A stretch of DNA of 64,000 nucleotides from an uncultured Bacilli bacterium (GCA_934162445.1 CAKPIT010000002.1:77379-141378); one strand, 5' to 3'; positions 51,903 through 63,371 are shown, counted from the stretch's first letter. The notes: a model not told the origin generated them from the letters alone. A program made the numbers and translations.

Positions 51903-52388
51903 ATGAAGAAAACAACTTATGGAAATGAAATGCAAGGACAAGTTAAAAAAGTTATAATTATTCTTGTAGTTATAGTTATTTTATTAGGAGGAACTTATTT
52001 ATTAACAACTAAAATATTAAAGAAAAGTAATAGTACTACTTCTAATAAGGTTACTAAAAATAGTATTCAATATGATGAAATTTTAGCAGGGGAATCATTT
52101 AATCAAAATAATGATGAATATTATGTTATATATTTTGACAAAAGTAATAACTCTTCTTCTTTTAGCTCATTAGTTAGTTCTTATCAGTTAAATAATACTA
52201 AGACAAGAATGTATAGTGTTGATCTTAGTAGTGGCTTTAATAAAGATTATGTGACTGATGGTGAAGCTGTTGTTCACGATATTAATGACTTTAAAGTTAA
52301 AGATGGAACATTAATTAAAGTTAAAAATGGGGAAGTAGAAGAGGTAATAACTGATACAACTGAAATTACAAATATTTTGAATAGTTAG
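51903..52388 (+). CDS. Membrane-anchored hypothetical protein
   Basis: N-terminal TM helix (VIIILVVIVILLGGTYLL). About 160 aa. No family recognised. Confidence 0.4.
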   Translation: MKKTTYGNEMQGQVKKVIIILVVIVILLGGTYLLTTKILKKSNSTTSNKVTKNSIQYDEILAGESFNQNNDEYYVIYFDKSNNSSSFSSLVSSYQLNNTKTRMYSVDLSSGFNKDYVTDGEAVVHDINDFKVKDGTLIKVKNGEVEEVITDTTEITNILNS

Positions 52389-52475
52389 TGTAAACAAATA
52401 GTGTTATTTCACTATTTTTCTTTTAGACTTCTTTTTTTTATGTTAAAATTAAAGAAGATTAGGGTGGTAGATTGT

Positions 52476-53708
52476 ATGAATAGTGAAGATGAAAATATAA
52501 GTAATGATAATGTACGAGAAGTTATTGTGGAAAGAAAAGTAGGCTTTAGTTTCTCAGAAGTTATTATTATTATGATAATTGCTATTATGTTTGGGTTTCT
52601 TTTAGGAAATATTATTAATTTTACAGTAGTTGATAAGAAAAGTAATGATAAAGACTTAAAGGAACTGGTTAGTACTTATAATAATATTATTGATAATTAC
52701 TATAAAGATGTTAATAAGGAAGAGTTAATAGATGCGGGAATTCAAGGAATGATTAATTATTTAGATGATCCGTATGCTACTTATTTTAGTGATGATGCTT
52801 CTAAAAAATTTAATGATGAGCTTAGTGGTACTTATGAAGGAATTGGTATTCAAATAAAACTTGATGGTGATAAAGTGGTAATAACTGATGTTTTTGATGA
52901 TAGTCCTGCGAAGGATGTGGGCCTTAAAAAGAATGATATTATTTTAAAAATAGATGATAATTCTGTTAATGGTAAAACGTTAAATGAAGTTGTTTCTATG
53001 ATATCTATTAAAAATAGTAAAAGCAAGGTTAAAGTTACAGTGGAGCGTGATGGAGATCAAGTCGATTTTTCTCTTAGTAAAGGAAAGATTGAAACTCCTA
53101 ATATTGTTAGTAAGATGTACGAGAATAATGGAAGAAAGATTGGATATTTAAGGATTGAAGTTTTTTCTTTAAATACTTATAAACAATTTAATAAGGCTTT
53201 AAAAGAACTTGAAAAGAATTCGATTGATGGTCTTGTTATTGATGTTCGGGATAATCCGGGAGGCTATTTATCACAAGTTAAAGATGTGTTGAGTTTGTTT
53301 TTAAGTAAGAAGCAGGTGTTATATCAATTACAAACTAAAGATGTTAAGGAGAAGGTTTATGGTAGTAGATCTACTATTAAAAGAAAGTATCCGGTTAGTG
53401 TAATTATTAATGAAGAGAGTGCTTCAGCATCAGAGATTTTGGCTAGTGCGTTTAAAGAGAGTTATGGTTCACATATTATTGGAGTTAATTCTTTTGGTAA
53501 GGGGACAGTGCAATCAGCTTCTGATCTTAGCAGTGGTGATACAATTAAATATACAGTTCAAAAATGGTTAACGCCTAAAGGTAATTGGATTAATGAGAAA
53601 GGTGTTGTTCCTACTGATCGGTGTGAAAACGTCTTAAAAGAGGGCGAAGTTTTGACTGATGATAATGATGTTATGTTGAAAAAAGCTATAGAAACTGTTA
53701 GTTCATAG
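52476..53708 (+). CDS. ctpA: Carboxy-terminal processing peptidase (S41) with a PDZ domain
   Basis: N-terminal TM anchor. PDZ domain (GIGIQIKLDGDKVVITDVFDDSPAKDVGLKKNDIILKID). S41 core with the catalytic Ser in ESASASEI and a Lys further downstream. The ATG at 52476 has an AGGGTGG RBS. Confidence 0.75.
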   Translation: MNSEDENISNDNVREVIVERKVGFSFSEVIIIMIIAIMFGFLLGNIINFTVVDKKSNDKDLKELVSTYNNIIDNYYKDVNKEELIDAGIQGMINYLDDPYATYFSDDASKKFNDELSGTYEGIGIQIKLDGDKVVITDVFDDSPAKDVGLKKNDIILKIDDNSVNGKTLNEVVSMISIKNSKSKVKVTVERDGDQVDFSLSKGKIETPNIVSKMYENNGRKIGYLRIEVFSLNTYKQFNKALKELEKNSIDGLVIDVRDNPGGYLSQVKDVLSLFLSKKQVLYQLQTKDVKEKVYGSRSTIKRKYPVSVIINEESASASEILASAFKESYGSHIIGVNSFGKGTVQSASDLSSGDTIKYTVQKWLTPKGNWINEKGVVPTDRCENVLKEGEVLTDDNDVMLKKAIETVSS

Positions 53709-53728
53709 CTATTTTTCCATAAAATAAA

Positions 53729-53755
53729 TTAGCACTCTATATTGACAAGTGCTAA
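53729..53755 (+). promoter_or_regulatory. CIRCE element (HrcA operator) overlapping the clpB -35
   Basis: TTAGCACTC-N9-AAGTGCTAA against the consensus TTAGCACTC-N9-GAGTGCTAA (one mismatch). Confidence 0.75.
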
Positions 53756-53770
53756 TTTTTGTAATATAAT
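53742..53770 (+). promoter_or_regulatory. Sigma-A promoter of clpB
   Basis: TTGACA (53742-47), 17 nt spacer, TATAAT (53765-70). The RBS AAAGGAGGAAGG follows. Confidence 0.65.
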
Positions 53771-53797
53771 AGAAATGATTTGAAAGGAGGAAGGTGT

Positions 53798-55894
53798 ATG
53801 TATCAAAATAATCAAAATGAAAGTGAAAATGTTTTGGAAAAGTATGGTCGTAATATTAATGAGGCTGTTAAAAATGGAAAAATCGATCCAGTGATTGGTC
53901 GTGATGAAGAAATTCGTGGTATTACAAGAGTTCTTTCAAGAAAAACTAAAAATAATCCAGTGTTAATTGGTGAACCGGGAGTTGGTAAAACAGCAATTGT
54001 GGAAGGACTTGCTCTTAGAATTGAACGTGGTGATGTTCCTAGTAGTTTAAAAAATAAAACGATTTGGGAACTTGATATGGCTAGTTTAGTAGCAGGGGCT
54101 AAGTATCGTGGTGAGTTTGAGGAACGTTTAAAAAATGTTTTAAATGAAATTAAAAAAAGTGAAGGTTCTATCATTATGTTTATTGATGAGATTCATACTA
54201 TAGTTGGTAGTGGTAATATGGAAGGGGCTATGGATACTTCTAATATTTTAAAACCAATGTTAGCGCGTGGTGAGATTCATGTGATTGGGGCTACTACGTT
54301 AAATGAATATCGTAAATATATCGAAAAGGATGGAGCTTTGGAAAGACGTTTTCAAAAAATTAAAGTTAGTGAACCATCTGTTTTAGATACTATTACTATT
54401 TTAAGGGGTCTTAAAGAGAGATTTGAGATCCATCATGGGGTTACTATTCATGATAAGGCTTTGGTAGCTGCTGCTACTTTATCCAATCGTTATATTACTG
54501 ATCGTTTTTTACCAGATAAAGCGATTGATTTGATTGATGAAGCGTGTGCTACTATTAGAGTTCAAATGGATTCTGTACCTAATGCTCTTGATAGTTTAAC
54601 ACGAAAGATTATGCGTCTTGAGATTGAAAGACAAGCTATAAAAAAAGAAAAGGATCAATTGTCTTTGAAAAGAAAAGAAGAAATTGATAAAGAGCTTGTT
54701 AATTTGAAAGGTGAAGAGAAAAAATATAAAGATGCTTGGGATGAAGAGAAGAGTCTTAATGATAAGATGCAAAGTAAGAAGAAAGAAATTGAAAAATGTC
54801 GTTTTGAACTTGAACAAGCAGAGAATAGATATGATTTAGAGACAGCGGCAAGACTTCGTCATGGAACGCTTCCAAGACTTGAAAAAGAACTTGAAGATTT
54901 AAAAAGTAAAGATAAGATGAAACTGTTAAGTGATAATGTAACAGAAGATGATATTGCAGCCGTTATTTCTAAGTGGACTAATATTCCGTTAAGTAAGTTA
55001 GTTAGTAGTGAAAAAGATAAGTTATTGAATTTGGAAAACAGTATGAAAAGTAGGGTTATGGGTCAAGATGAAGCACTTCATTTAGTTAGTGAGGCTATTA
55101 TTAAAAGTCGTAGTGGAATAAAAGATCCTAATCGACCAATTGGATCATTTATGTTTTTAGGTCCAACAGGAGTTGGTAAAACAGAGGTTGCTCGTACACT
55201 TGCTTATGAACTTTTTGATGATGAAAAACATATGGTTAGAATTGATATGAGTGAATATATGGAAAAATTTAGTGTTTCTCGTCTTATTGGTTCGCCACCC
55301 GGATATGTTGGTTATGAAGAAGGAGGACAATTAACGGAGGCTGTTCGTCGTAATCCTTATAGTATTGTTTTATTTGATGAGATTGAAAAAGCTCATCCTG
55401 AGGTTTTGAATTTATTATTACAAATTCTTGATGATGGACGAATAACGGATTCTAATGGTAGAACAGTTGATTTTAAAAATACAATTATTATTATGACTTC
55501 TAATCTTGGTAGTCAAGATATACTTGAAGGTAAAACGGAACTTGTTGCATCTTTATTACAAGAAACATTTAGACCTGAATTTATTAATCGTATTGATGAA
55601 ATTATATTCTTTAAGCCTCTTACTAAAAAGGTAATTTATCAAATTCTTGATAAAATTGTTAGGGATATTGAAGAACGTCTTAAGGTTAATGACATTCATA
55701 TTGAATTAACATCTAAGGCTAAGGATTTCTTAATTGATTCTAGTTATGATGTTACTTATGGAGCGAGACCGTTAAAACGGGAAGTTAGTAAAACGATTGA
55801 GAGTTTACTTGCTCATGCTCTTATTAAAGGTGATATTAAGTATGGTGATACAATTACTTTTGATTGTCATGATGATAAAATTGTTATTAAATAA
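53798..55894 (+). CDS. clpB: Chaperone ClpB lacking the N-terminal Clp_N domain (Mollicutes-type short ClpB)
   Basis: Starts just before AAA-1 (GEPGVGKTA). Long middle coiled-coil domain. AAA-2 (GPTGVGKTE). About 698 aa. No Clp_N repeat in any upstream frame; only about 70 nt separate it from ctpA. Confidence 0.8.
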   Translation: MYQNNQNESENVLEKYGRNINEAVKNGKIDPVIGRDEEIRGITRVLSRKTKNNPVLIGEPGVGKTAIVEGLALRIERGDVPSSLKNKTIWELDMASLVAGAKYRGEFEERLKNVLNEIKKSEGSIIMFIDEIHTIVGSGNMEGAMDTSNILKPMLARGEIHVIGATTLNEYRKYIEKDGALERRFQKIKVSEPSVLDTITILRGLKERFEIHHGVTIHDKALVAAATLSNRYITDRFLPDKAIDLIDEACATIRVQMDSVPNALDSLTRKIMRLEIERQAIKKEKDQLSLKRKEEIDKELVNLKGEEKKYKDAWDEEKSLNDKMQSKKKEIEKCRFELEQAENRYDLETAARLRHGTLPRLEKELEDLKSKDKMKLLSDNVTEDDIAAVISKWTNIPLSKLVSSEKDKLLNLENSMKSRVMGQDEALHLVSEAIIKSRSGIKDPNRPIGSFMFLGPTGVGKTEVARTLAYELFDDEKHMVRIDMSEYMEKFSVSRLIGSPPGYVGYEEGGQLTEAVRRNPYSIVLFDEIEKAHPEVLNLLLQILDDGRITDSNGRTVDFKNTIIIMTSNLGSQDILEGKTELVASLLQETFRPEFINRIDEIIFFKPLTKKVIYQILDKIVRDIEERLKVNDIHIELTSKAKDFLIDSSYDVTYGARPLKREVSKTIESLLAHALIKGDIKYGDTITFDCHDDKIVIK

Positions 55895-55929
55895 AAGAAA
55901 TATGATTTTAATTAGTCATATTTCTTTTT

Positions 55930-58287
55930 TTATAGTACTTCAATTTCATCATTAATATCATGCCATGTCCAGTTTTTGATTTCGTCTAAATCTTCACCAT
56001 ATTCTTTGATATATTCAGAATGTTTGATTAACTGGTCTTTACACCATTCATATAGAGGTGTTCTTTTATCTTCTAAGAAGTCTAAATATTTTAAGGCATC
56101 CATGACAAGGTGATATCTATCTATTTTGTTTTGAACTCGCATATCAAATGGAGTGGTAATAGTTCCTTCTTCAATATAACCATGAACGTGAATATTTTTA
56201 TTTTCGCGTTTGTAGGTTAATTGATGAATTAAAGATGGATAGCCATGGAAGGCGAATATAATAGGTTTATCTTTAGTGAAGAGCATATTATAATCTTGAT
56301 TACTTAATCCATGTGGATGTTCATAGTTTGATTGTAATTTCATTAAGTCAACAACATTGACACATCTTATTTTTATTTGTTTAAAATAGTTATGTAAAAT
56401 GGAAATGGCTGCAAGAGTTTCAACAGTTGGAGTATCTCCACAACAAGCCATAATTATATCTGGTCCTTCTTTTTGATCGTTGCTGGCCCAGTTGAAAATA
56501 CCAATTCCTTTACTACAATGATTAACAGCTTCTTCCATTGATAACCATTGCATACTTGGATGTTTAGATGCTACTACAACATTTATGTAGTTTTTACTTT
56601 TGATACAATGATCAATTGTGGATAATAAACAGTTAGCATCTGGGGGTAAATATATTCTTGCAATGTCAGCTTTTTTGGTGGCAATATGGTTTAAAAAACC
56701 GGGATCTTGATGAGTATATCCATTATGATCTTGTTGCCATATATGGGATGTTAATAAATAATTTAGGGATGATATCCTACGGCGCCAATCAAGTTGTTGA
56801 CATACTTTTAACCATTTTGCATGTTGACTAGTCATAGAGTCCACAATTCTAACGAAAGCTTCATAAGTATCAAATATTCCGTGTCTGCCAGTTAAAATGT
56901 ATCCTTCTAATAGTCCTTCACAGATATGTTCTGATAAAAAAGAATCAATTACTTGTCCCGTTGGAGCGAGATATTCATCAGTATCTAGAATTTGGCCGGT
57001 GAATTGTCTATTGGTATAATCAAAGATAGCATTTAAACGGTTTGATAGAGCTTCATCAGGACCAAAGATACGGAAGTTATGATTTTTCTTCATAACGTCT
57101 TCAAGATAGTATCCTAAGACTTTGGTATCTTGAGCTTTAGTAGTACCATGTTTTGTTACTTCAACTTTGTAGTTACGAAAATCTGGTAGATGCAATTCTT
57201 TTAAAAGAAGGCCACCATTAGCATATGGATTAGCACCCATACGTCTAATGCCTGTAGGGGCAAGAGCTTTTAAATCTTCTTTTAGGGAACCATCACTATT
57301 AAATATATCTTCTGGATGGTAACTTTTTAACCACTGTTCTAATAGATCAACATGTTCCATATGATCTTGATCAACAGGAAGTGGTACTTGATGGGAACGA
57401 AAACTTCCTTCGATAGTTTTACCATCATAGGTTTTAGGACCGGTCCATCCTTTTGGTGTTTTTAAAATTATCATTGGCCAAAGGGGTCTTTGATTAGTGT
57501 TTGCTTCTTTTATTTTCTTAATTTTTATAATAGTACTATCAAGGGCTTTAGCCATTTCTTCATGTAATAGGGATGGGTCTTTTCCTTCTATATAAATGGG
57601 ATCATAGCCATAACCTTTAAATAAATTCAATAATTCTTCTTTTGAGATTCTAGCTAAAATAGTGGGATTGGCAATTTTATAACCATTTAAATTTAAAATG
57701 GGTAGGACAACACCATCGGTTTTAGGATTTAGTAATTTGTTACAATGCCATGAGGTTGCTAAGGGACCAGTTTCTGCTTCACCATCACCAACGACGACAG
57801 TGGCAATTAAATCTTTATTATCAAGAACAGCTCCAAAACCATGAACAAGGCTGTAACCTAGTTCGCCACCTTCGTTAATTGAACCCGGAGTTTCAGGGGC
57901 AACATGAGATGATATTCCTTTGGGAAAACTGAATTGTTTAAATAATTTTTTTAGGCCTTCTTCATCTTGTGAGATATTAGGATATATTTCACTATAGGTT
58001 CCTTCTAGGTAAACATTTGATACAATAGCATTACCTCCATGACCCGGTCCTGAGATATAAATCATATTTAAATCATATTTTTTGATTATTCTATTTAAAT
58101 GTGCATAAATAAAATTTTGGGCAGGAACAGTTCCCCAATGACCAACTACTTTCTTTTTTAAATCATCTTTTTTTAATGGCCTTTTTAAAAGGGGATTATC
58201 TTTTAGATAAAGTTGTCCTACTGATAAGTAATTGGCAGCATTAAAATAGCGATTTATTCTTTCTTTTTCTTCGTTAGATAGTATCAT
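55930..58287 (-). CDS. xfp: Xylulose-5-phosphate/fructose-6-phosphate phosphoketolase
   Basis: 785 aa with an XFP N-terminal signature (..GHWGT.PG.NF..AH.NR) and ThDP-binding motifs (GPGHGG, EGGELGY). Confidence 0.9.
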   Translation of the reverse strand: MILSNEEKERINRYFNAANYLSVGQLYLKDNPLLKRPLKKDDLKKKVVGHWGTVPAQNFIYAHLNRIIKKYDLNMIYISGPGHGGNAIVSNVYLEGTYSEIYPNISQDEEGLKKLFKQFSFPKGISSHVAPETPGSINEGGELGYSLVHGFGAVLDNKDLIATVVVGDGEAETGPLATSWHCNKLLNPKTDGVVLPILNLNGYKIANPTILARISKEELLNLFKGYGYDPIYIEGKDPSLLHEEMAKALDSTIIKIKKIKEANTNQRPLWPMIILKTPKGWTGPKTYDGKTIEGSFRSHQVPLPVDQDHMEHVDLLEQWLKSYHPEDIFNSDGSLKEDLKALAPTGIRRMGANPYANGGLLLKELHLPDFRNYKVEVTKHGTTKAQDTKVLGYYLEDVMKKNHNFRIFGPDEALSNRLNAIFDYTNRQFTGQILDTDEYLAPTGQVIDSFLSEHICEGLLEGYILTGRHGIFDTYEAFVRIVDSMTSQHAKWLKVCQQLDWRRRISSLNYLLTSHIWQQDHNGYTHQDPGFLNHIATKKADIARIYLPPDANCLLSTIDHCIKSKNYINVVVASKHPSMQWLSMEEAVNHCSKGIGIFNWASNDQKEGPDIIMACCGDTPTVETLAAISILHNYFKQIKIRCVNVVDLMKLQSNYEHPHGLSNQDYNMLFTKDKPIIFAFHGYPSLIHQLTYKRENKNIHVHGYIEEGTITTPFDMRVQNKIDRYHLVMDALKYLDFLEDKRTPLYEWCKDQLIKHSEYIKEYGEDLDEIKNWTWHDINDEIEVL

Positions 58288-58344
58288 AAATGCCTCCCTT
58301 TATTCTATTACATTATAATCTAAAAAAGTTATTTTCACAAGAGT

Positions 58345-58830
58345 TTAGGTTATTAATTTACAAGTAATTACTAATTGTTTGTAACTACTTTTTAGACTAC
58401 AGGTGGTTAAAATTAATTTTTTATTATTAGTTTTATTTATTTCAATAGTTCCATCTTTTTTTTGTTCTTCTATTTTTTCTATTTGATAATTTGTTAATTC
58501 ATTATTCAAGTTTATTGTTATTTTGTCACCTTTATTTAATTGATAAAGATCATTAAACAAGGCTTTAGGACCAGTTCCAGAATGGGCTGCTAAGACTAGA
58601 AGATTATGTTCGTTTTTTATAATAGTAACATTTTCTTCAATATTGTTTTTTTTACCTTTATAAAGAGGTTTTTGAAAGTTTATTTTTTTAATTTCTAAAT
58701 AACCAATTTTATCATCTTCTATCTTTTCTTTTTCTTGTTTATAATTTAAGTCTTTGCTTTGATATATGAAAAGACAACTACTAGAATAAATTATGATAAG
58801 AAGAAGATTAAGAAAACTTTTTTTTAGCAA
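58345..58830 (-). CDS. Sortase-family transpeptidase (small)
   Basis: N-terminal signal anchor. Catalytic His context LLVLAAHSG. TLXTC Cys motif as LILTTCS. Overlaps the end of the upstream surface-protein gene. Confidence 0.6.
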   Translation of the reverse strand: MLKKSFLNLLLIIIYSSSCLFIYQSKDLNYKQEKEKIEDDKIGYLEIKKINFQKPLYKGKKNNIEENVTIIKNEHNLLVLAAHSGTGPKALFNDLYQLNKGDKITINLNNELTNYQIEKIEEQKKDGTIEINKTNNKKLILTTCSLKSSYKQLVITCKLIT

Positions 58831-60301
58831 GATATAGTCCTAGTATTATTATACTGAATGATGAAGTATAGTCTTTGGTATTAGTATTTGGTACTTCGAT
58901 TGATATTATATTATCATTTGGTTTTTCTTCTTTATAATCATTAATTTTATAATAATAGGTTTTATTTATATCATTTATAAAGACTTTAAATGGTTCAATT
59001 TTAGAGTAACCTTTGGTTGTTGTTAGTTGTACAAATTTATAATGACCATAGGGTAGTGTTATTTTAGCTGTTCCATTACTATCGGTTACTATTTCTTTAA
59101 TCATGTTACCATCTTTGTCAAAAACTTGAAATTTAACATTAGCTTCTTTTTCCATTAATTTACCATTTCCAAAATATTTTTTTATAATAACATCTTTTTT
59201 GATTACTTCATTTTCAATGATTAGATTAATATTATAATTATCTTTAGTGAATTCTATTTTATAGGTGGTGTCATTAGGTAGATATCCTGTTCCTGTTTTA
59301 CTTTCTTTTAGGTAGTAAGTTCCATAGGTTAGCCATGGGGTATTATCACTATTTAAGTTTAATTCATAATTATCATCAAGGCTTAGTGTAGCCATTTCTT
59401 GCATTTCGCTGTTATAGATTTTAAAAGTTGTATCTTTTAGACTGGCTTCGCCTAGACTTTTGGTTGATTTAGTATCTTTATTAATCTTTTTAATTTTTAA
59501 ATTTAAATTTTGAACACAGTATTTTACTTTTATGATTCTGTTATCAGGACTTCCAGCAGTAGCAAGATTTTGGGTATCTTTGTTGTAATAGAATAATACG
59601 GATTCATTATCATAGTTCAAATATCTTGTATACTCACGTTCATAACATCCCGGATTTTTCTTGGTTATGGTTAAGGTGTTATTTTTAACGACAAAATCAT
59701 TATCATCAGGAATGGCAAAGAAAGGAATAATATTATTGGTATCAGTTATAGTAAAGGGTCTATTGGTTATTCCATAGAAGGTTTGGTTACTAAATGAGGG
59801 AAGGGTATAACTTTCATTAATAAGATTATTAATCATGTTCATTTCACTAGTGAAAAGTTCTACTTTCTTGCCATTTAGAGTTTTGGTAAAATAGAAATCG
59901 TTATTTGGATCGACGGTTTTCCAGATTAGCATTTGGGTAGCAGCATACCAATTATAACTATTATGGCCTTGATAATTATAGCCAAAACCAATGATATCTT
60001 TAATTCTATTTAATGTCTCTTTGCTGATATCTTGATATTCGTCTACTGTTTCATAAATGTTGTTTTGGGGATCAAACTTCCTAAATGGTTGGAGACAATA
60101 GGCTACTTTGTTGTCTTTACTTCTTCGGTATAGTCTAGCTTGTTGTTAGTATTTGTCCTTAGTTTGTTTGTTGTATCTAACCATACAGATGTTACTGATG
60201 GTTTCTGCTTCATAAAAGCTTTCAGTAGCAGCATTTACAGTTAGATTAGCTCCTAGTAAATAAATAAAACTGAGTGTTAAGAATAATAATAATTTTTTCA
60301 T
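58808..60301 (-). pseudogene. Sortase-substrate surface protein gene interrupted by an in-frame TAA
   Basis: From the ATG at 60301 (GGAGGAG RBS) the frame gives a 51-codon signal peptide (MKKLLLFLTLSFIYLLGANLTVNAATESFYEAETISNICMVRYNKQTKDKY), then a TAA at 60146-60148, then stays open in the same frame through the annotated 374-aa ORF. The C-terminus is VPNTN..hydrophobic..KKKFS, a sorting-signal-like tail. Confidence 0.5.
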
Positions 60302-60502
60302 TAGATCTCCTCCTTTTTCTTAACGGTTTCTAATTTAACAGGCTAAGGAGGTTGAGGCAAATCGGGAATTTTAAAAAATTAAGTGATTTTGATGAGCAAA
60401 TTTAGTGATTAATCTAAGTGTTTTGACTTTTTTAGATTAGTTTGTCAGGACTTTTTTAAAATTTAAAGTATTTTTCTTTACAAATAAAAATAATAATGAT
60501 AT

Positions 60503-60526
60503 ATATAATAATTGAACATATATTCA
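60503..60526 (+). promoter_or_regulatory. Candidate -10 element and ArsR-family operator palindrome upstream of the cadC-like gene
   Basis: TATATAAT followed by the imperfect palindrome TGAACATATATTCA about 15 nt upstream of the ATG. Confidence 0.35.
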
Positions 60527-60540
60527 TATGAGGTGATAAA

Positions 60541-60837
60541 ATGAAAGATGAATTAATGATGAAATTAACTAATTTTTACAAAGTATTTGCTGATTTTTCT
60601 CGGCTTAAAATTTTGTTTTTACTTAGTGAAGGTAGTTATAAGGTTAGTGAAATTACAAGTAAACTTGCTATTAGTCAATCGGCTGTTTCTCATCAATTAC
60701 ATTTGTTACGACAACTTGATTTGGTTAAAGTAGACCGTGTTGGGAAAGAGTCATATTATAGTTTAAGTGATCATCATATAAATATTATCTTAGATTATGG
60801 ACTTATGCATATTATGGAGGAAAAAGATGAAAAATAA
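60541..60837 (+). CDS. ArsR/SmtB-family metalloregulator (CadC-like)
   Basis: 98 aa. FKVFADFSRLKIL motif and HTH (VSEITSKLAISQSAVSHQL). Confidence 0.7.
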   Translation: MKDELMMKLTNFYKVFADFSRLKILFLLSEGSYKVSEITSKLAISQSAVSHQLHLLRQLDLVKVDRVGKESYYSLSDHHINIILDYGLMHIMEEKDEK

Positions 60838-62605
60838 TATTATTAGACTTGCTTTTGGACTTCTTTTCTTTATTTTAGGACTTATTTTTGATTTATTACC
60901 ATTTTATTTAGTGAGTTATATAATTCTTGGATATGATATTTTTATTAAGTCTTTTAATAATATTAAAAATAAAGATTTTTTTGATGAGAATACTTTAATG
61001 CTTTTGGCTACGGTTTGTGCTTTTTTGATTTCTAAAAATAGTGAAGCGGTACTTGTTATTATGCTTTATCAAATAGGGGAAATTTTATCTGATTATGCAG
61101 TTGATAGTTCCAAAGAAAAGATTGCTAAACTTATGGATCTTAGGGTTGATACTGCTAGAGTTGTTGATAATAATAAGGAAACGATGGTGGAATCTTGCGA
61201 TGTTAAAATTGGGGATGTGGTTTTAGTTAAACCGGGGGAAAAAGTGCCTCTTGATGGAGTTTGTCTTTCTTCTTCTGTTAGTTTAGATACTAAGAGTTTA
61301 ACAGGGGAAGCGCTACCAGTTGTTGTTTCTTTAGATGATGAAGTACTTAGTGGTAGTATTGTGTTGAATAAACCAATTATGGTTAAAGTTACAAAGAGAT
61401 TTGACGACTGTACTGTTAGTAAGATTGTTAAATTTATGATGGATGCTGATACTAATAAAACTGATAAAGAACGGTTTATTACAAGATTTTCAAAAGTATA
61501 TACACCAATTATTTGTGCTTTAGCACTTCTTATCTTTTTAATTCCGACAGTTTTAGGCTATGATTTTAAAGTTTACTTATATAAAGCCTTAATTTTCTTA
61601 GTTATTTCTTGCCCTTGCGCTTTAGTGATTTCAGTACCACTTAGTTTCTTTTCAGGAATTGGTAGATGTAGTAAGGAAGGAATACTGGTTAAGAATACGA
61701 TGATACTTGAAAAAGCCCTTTTGATAACTACCATTTTTTATGATAAGACAGGAACTCTTACTAATGGTGAATTTGAGGTTGTTGATATTGTACCGTCTAA
61801 AGGAGTTAGCAGTGATAAATTAAAAGAATTAAGCACAGCAGCAGAGATTTATTCTAATCATCCGTTAAGTAATGTATTATCATTTGATTATAAAATTCTA
61901 AAAAAAGATGTTAAAGATTTAGAGGAAGTAGCGGGTAAAGGGATTCGTTGTTTATATAAAAATAAGGAATTGTTGGTAGGAAAGTTTAAAGAGAACAACT
62001 TAGAGGTTTTTGGAAGTGTTGTTAATATTATATATGATGATAAATATATAGGTTATATTGTAATTAGTGATACCCTTAAGAAGGAGTCAAAAGATGCAGT
62101 GTCTAGGCTTAAAAAGATGGGAATAGAACAAGTAATGTTAACTGGTGATAATGAGACATTTGCTAAAAAGATAGCTTCTAAATTAGGAATTAATTATAAA
62201 GCATCATTACTTCCTATTGATAAGGCTAAAAATGTGTCTAAGGCTCTTAGTAATGATAAGGTTGTAGCCTTTGTAGGTGATGGTATTAATGATGCGCCAT
62301 CATTGGTTACTAGTGATATTGGTATTTCTATGGGAAGTATTGGTAGTGATGTGGCCCTTGAAGCTTCACAAGTGGTTTTAATGAATGATAATTTAAACGG
62401 TATAGAAAAACTTATTAATATTAGTAAGTATACAGATCTTAAAATTAAAGAAAATATTATATTTGCCCTTTGCTTTAAAGTATTAATTTTAATATTAGGA
62501 CTATTTGGTAGTGTTTCTATTTATATGGCTATTTTTGCAGATGTAGGAGTTATGTTATTAACAATTTTGAATAGTTTATTAATCTTTAAAAAGAAATTTG
62601 ATTAG
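60827..62605 (+). CDS. P1B-type heavy-metal-translocating ATPase (CadA-like) lacking an N-terminal HMA domain
   Basis: CPC in TM6 (SCPCALVIS), DKTGTLT phosphorylation site, GDGINDAP hinge. About 592 aa. No CxxC metal-binding domain. Overlaps the arsR-like stop. Confidence 0.8.
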   Translation: MKNNIIRLAFGLLFFILGLIFDLLPFYLVSYIILGYDIFIKSFNNIKNKDFFDENTLMLLATVCAFLISKNSEAVLVIMLYQIGEILSDYAVDSSKEKIAKLMDLRVDTARVVDNNKETMVESCDVKIGDVVLVKPGEKVPLDGVCLSSSVSLDTKSLTGEALPVVVSLDDEVLSGSIVLNKPIMVKVTKRFDDCTVSKIVKFMMDADTNKTDKERFITRFSKVYTPIICALALLIFLIPTVLGYDFKVYLYKALIFLVISCPCALVISVPLSFFSGIGRCSKEGILVKNTMILEKALLITTIFYDKTGTLTNGEFEVVDIVPSKGVSSDKLKELSTAAEIYSNHPLSNVLSFDYKILKKDVKDLEEVAGKGIRCLYKNKELLVGKFKENNLEVFGSVVNIIYDDKYIGYIVISDTLKKESKDAVSRLKKMGIEQVMLTGDNETFAKKIASKLGINYKASLLPIDKAKNVSKALSNDKVVAFVGDGINDAPSLVTSDIGISMGSIGSDVALEASQVVLMNDNLNGIEKLINISKYTDLKIKENIIFALCFKVLILILGLFGSVSIYMAIFADVGVMLLTILNSLLIFKKKFD

Positions 62606-62658
62606 AGTACTTTAAAAGTATTCTTTTTTTTAATATAATTAAAATAAAGGAGGCTTTT

Positions 62659-63321
62659 ATGGGAAAGTTGATTGTTATTGAAGGTGTTTGTGATGGAGTA
62701 GGTAAGACTACTCAGACTAAGGAACTTATTAAAAATTTAATAAACGATGGAAAAGAAGTAGTTACTCATCATTTTCCTACATATGGAAGTATTGGGGCTT
62801 CGTTAGTAGAAACTTATTTAAATGGTGATTTAGGTTCAAGAGAAGAAGTGGGAGTTTATCCGGTTAGTTGTTTTTTTGCAATGGATAGATATTATGTTTA
62901 TAAGACAAAGTTAGAAAAAGCTCTTAATGATGATAAAATTGTAGTTCTTGATCGTTATATATCTTCTAATTTAATATATCAAAGTAGTTTACTTAAGGGG
63001 AAAGAAAAAGATGATTATTTAAATTATATAACGGATTTTGAGTATAATAAATTAGGTCTTAGAAAACCTGATGTTGTTATTTTTTTAAATCTTGGTAAAG
63101 AGTATGCTACTAAGCTAAGAAAAAAAAGAGTTGATAATGAAGGTATTGTTAATGATATTAATGAACGGGATGATTTCTTTTTAAATACAGTTTATGATAA
63201 TAGTTTAGAGATTGCTAAGAAATATAATTATAAAGTTGTTGAATGTGAAAAGAATGGTGAACTTAGGAGTATTTCTGATATTAGTTTGGAAATATATAAA
63301 ATAGTTTCTAGTTTGTTCTAG
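62659..63321 (+). CDS. tmk: Thymidylate kinase-like (dTMP kinase family)
   Basis: P-loop IEGVCDGVGKTT (GxDGxGKxT pattern) and a DRY..S...YQ motif. About 220 aa. Confidence 0.55.
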   Translation: MGKLIVIEGVCDGVGKTTQTKELIKNLINDGKEVVTHHFPTYGSIGASLVETYLNGDLGSREEVGVYPVSCFFAMDRYYVYKTKLEKALNDDKIVVLDRYISSNLIYQSSLLKGKEKDDYLNYITDFEYNKLGLRKPDVVIFLNLGKEYATKLRKKRVDNEGIVNDINERDDFFLNTVYDNSLEIAKKYNYKVVECEKNGELRSISDISLEIYKIVSSLF

Positions 63322-63371
63322 TTTTTTTTAGTATTTTGCCCTATAATAATAGTTAGTTTGGAGGTAATATT

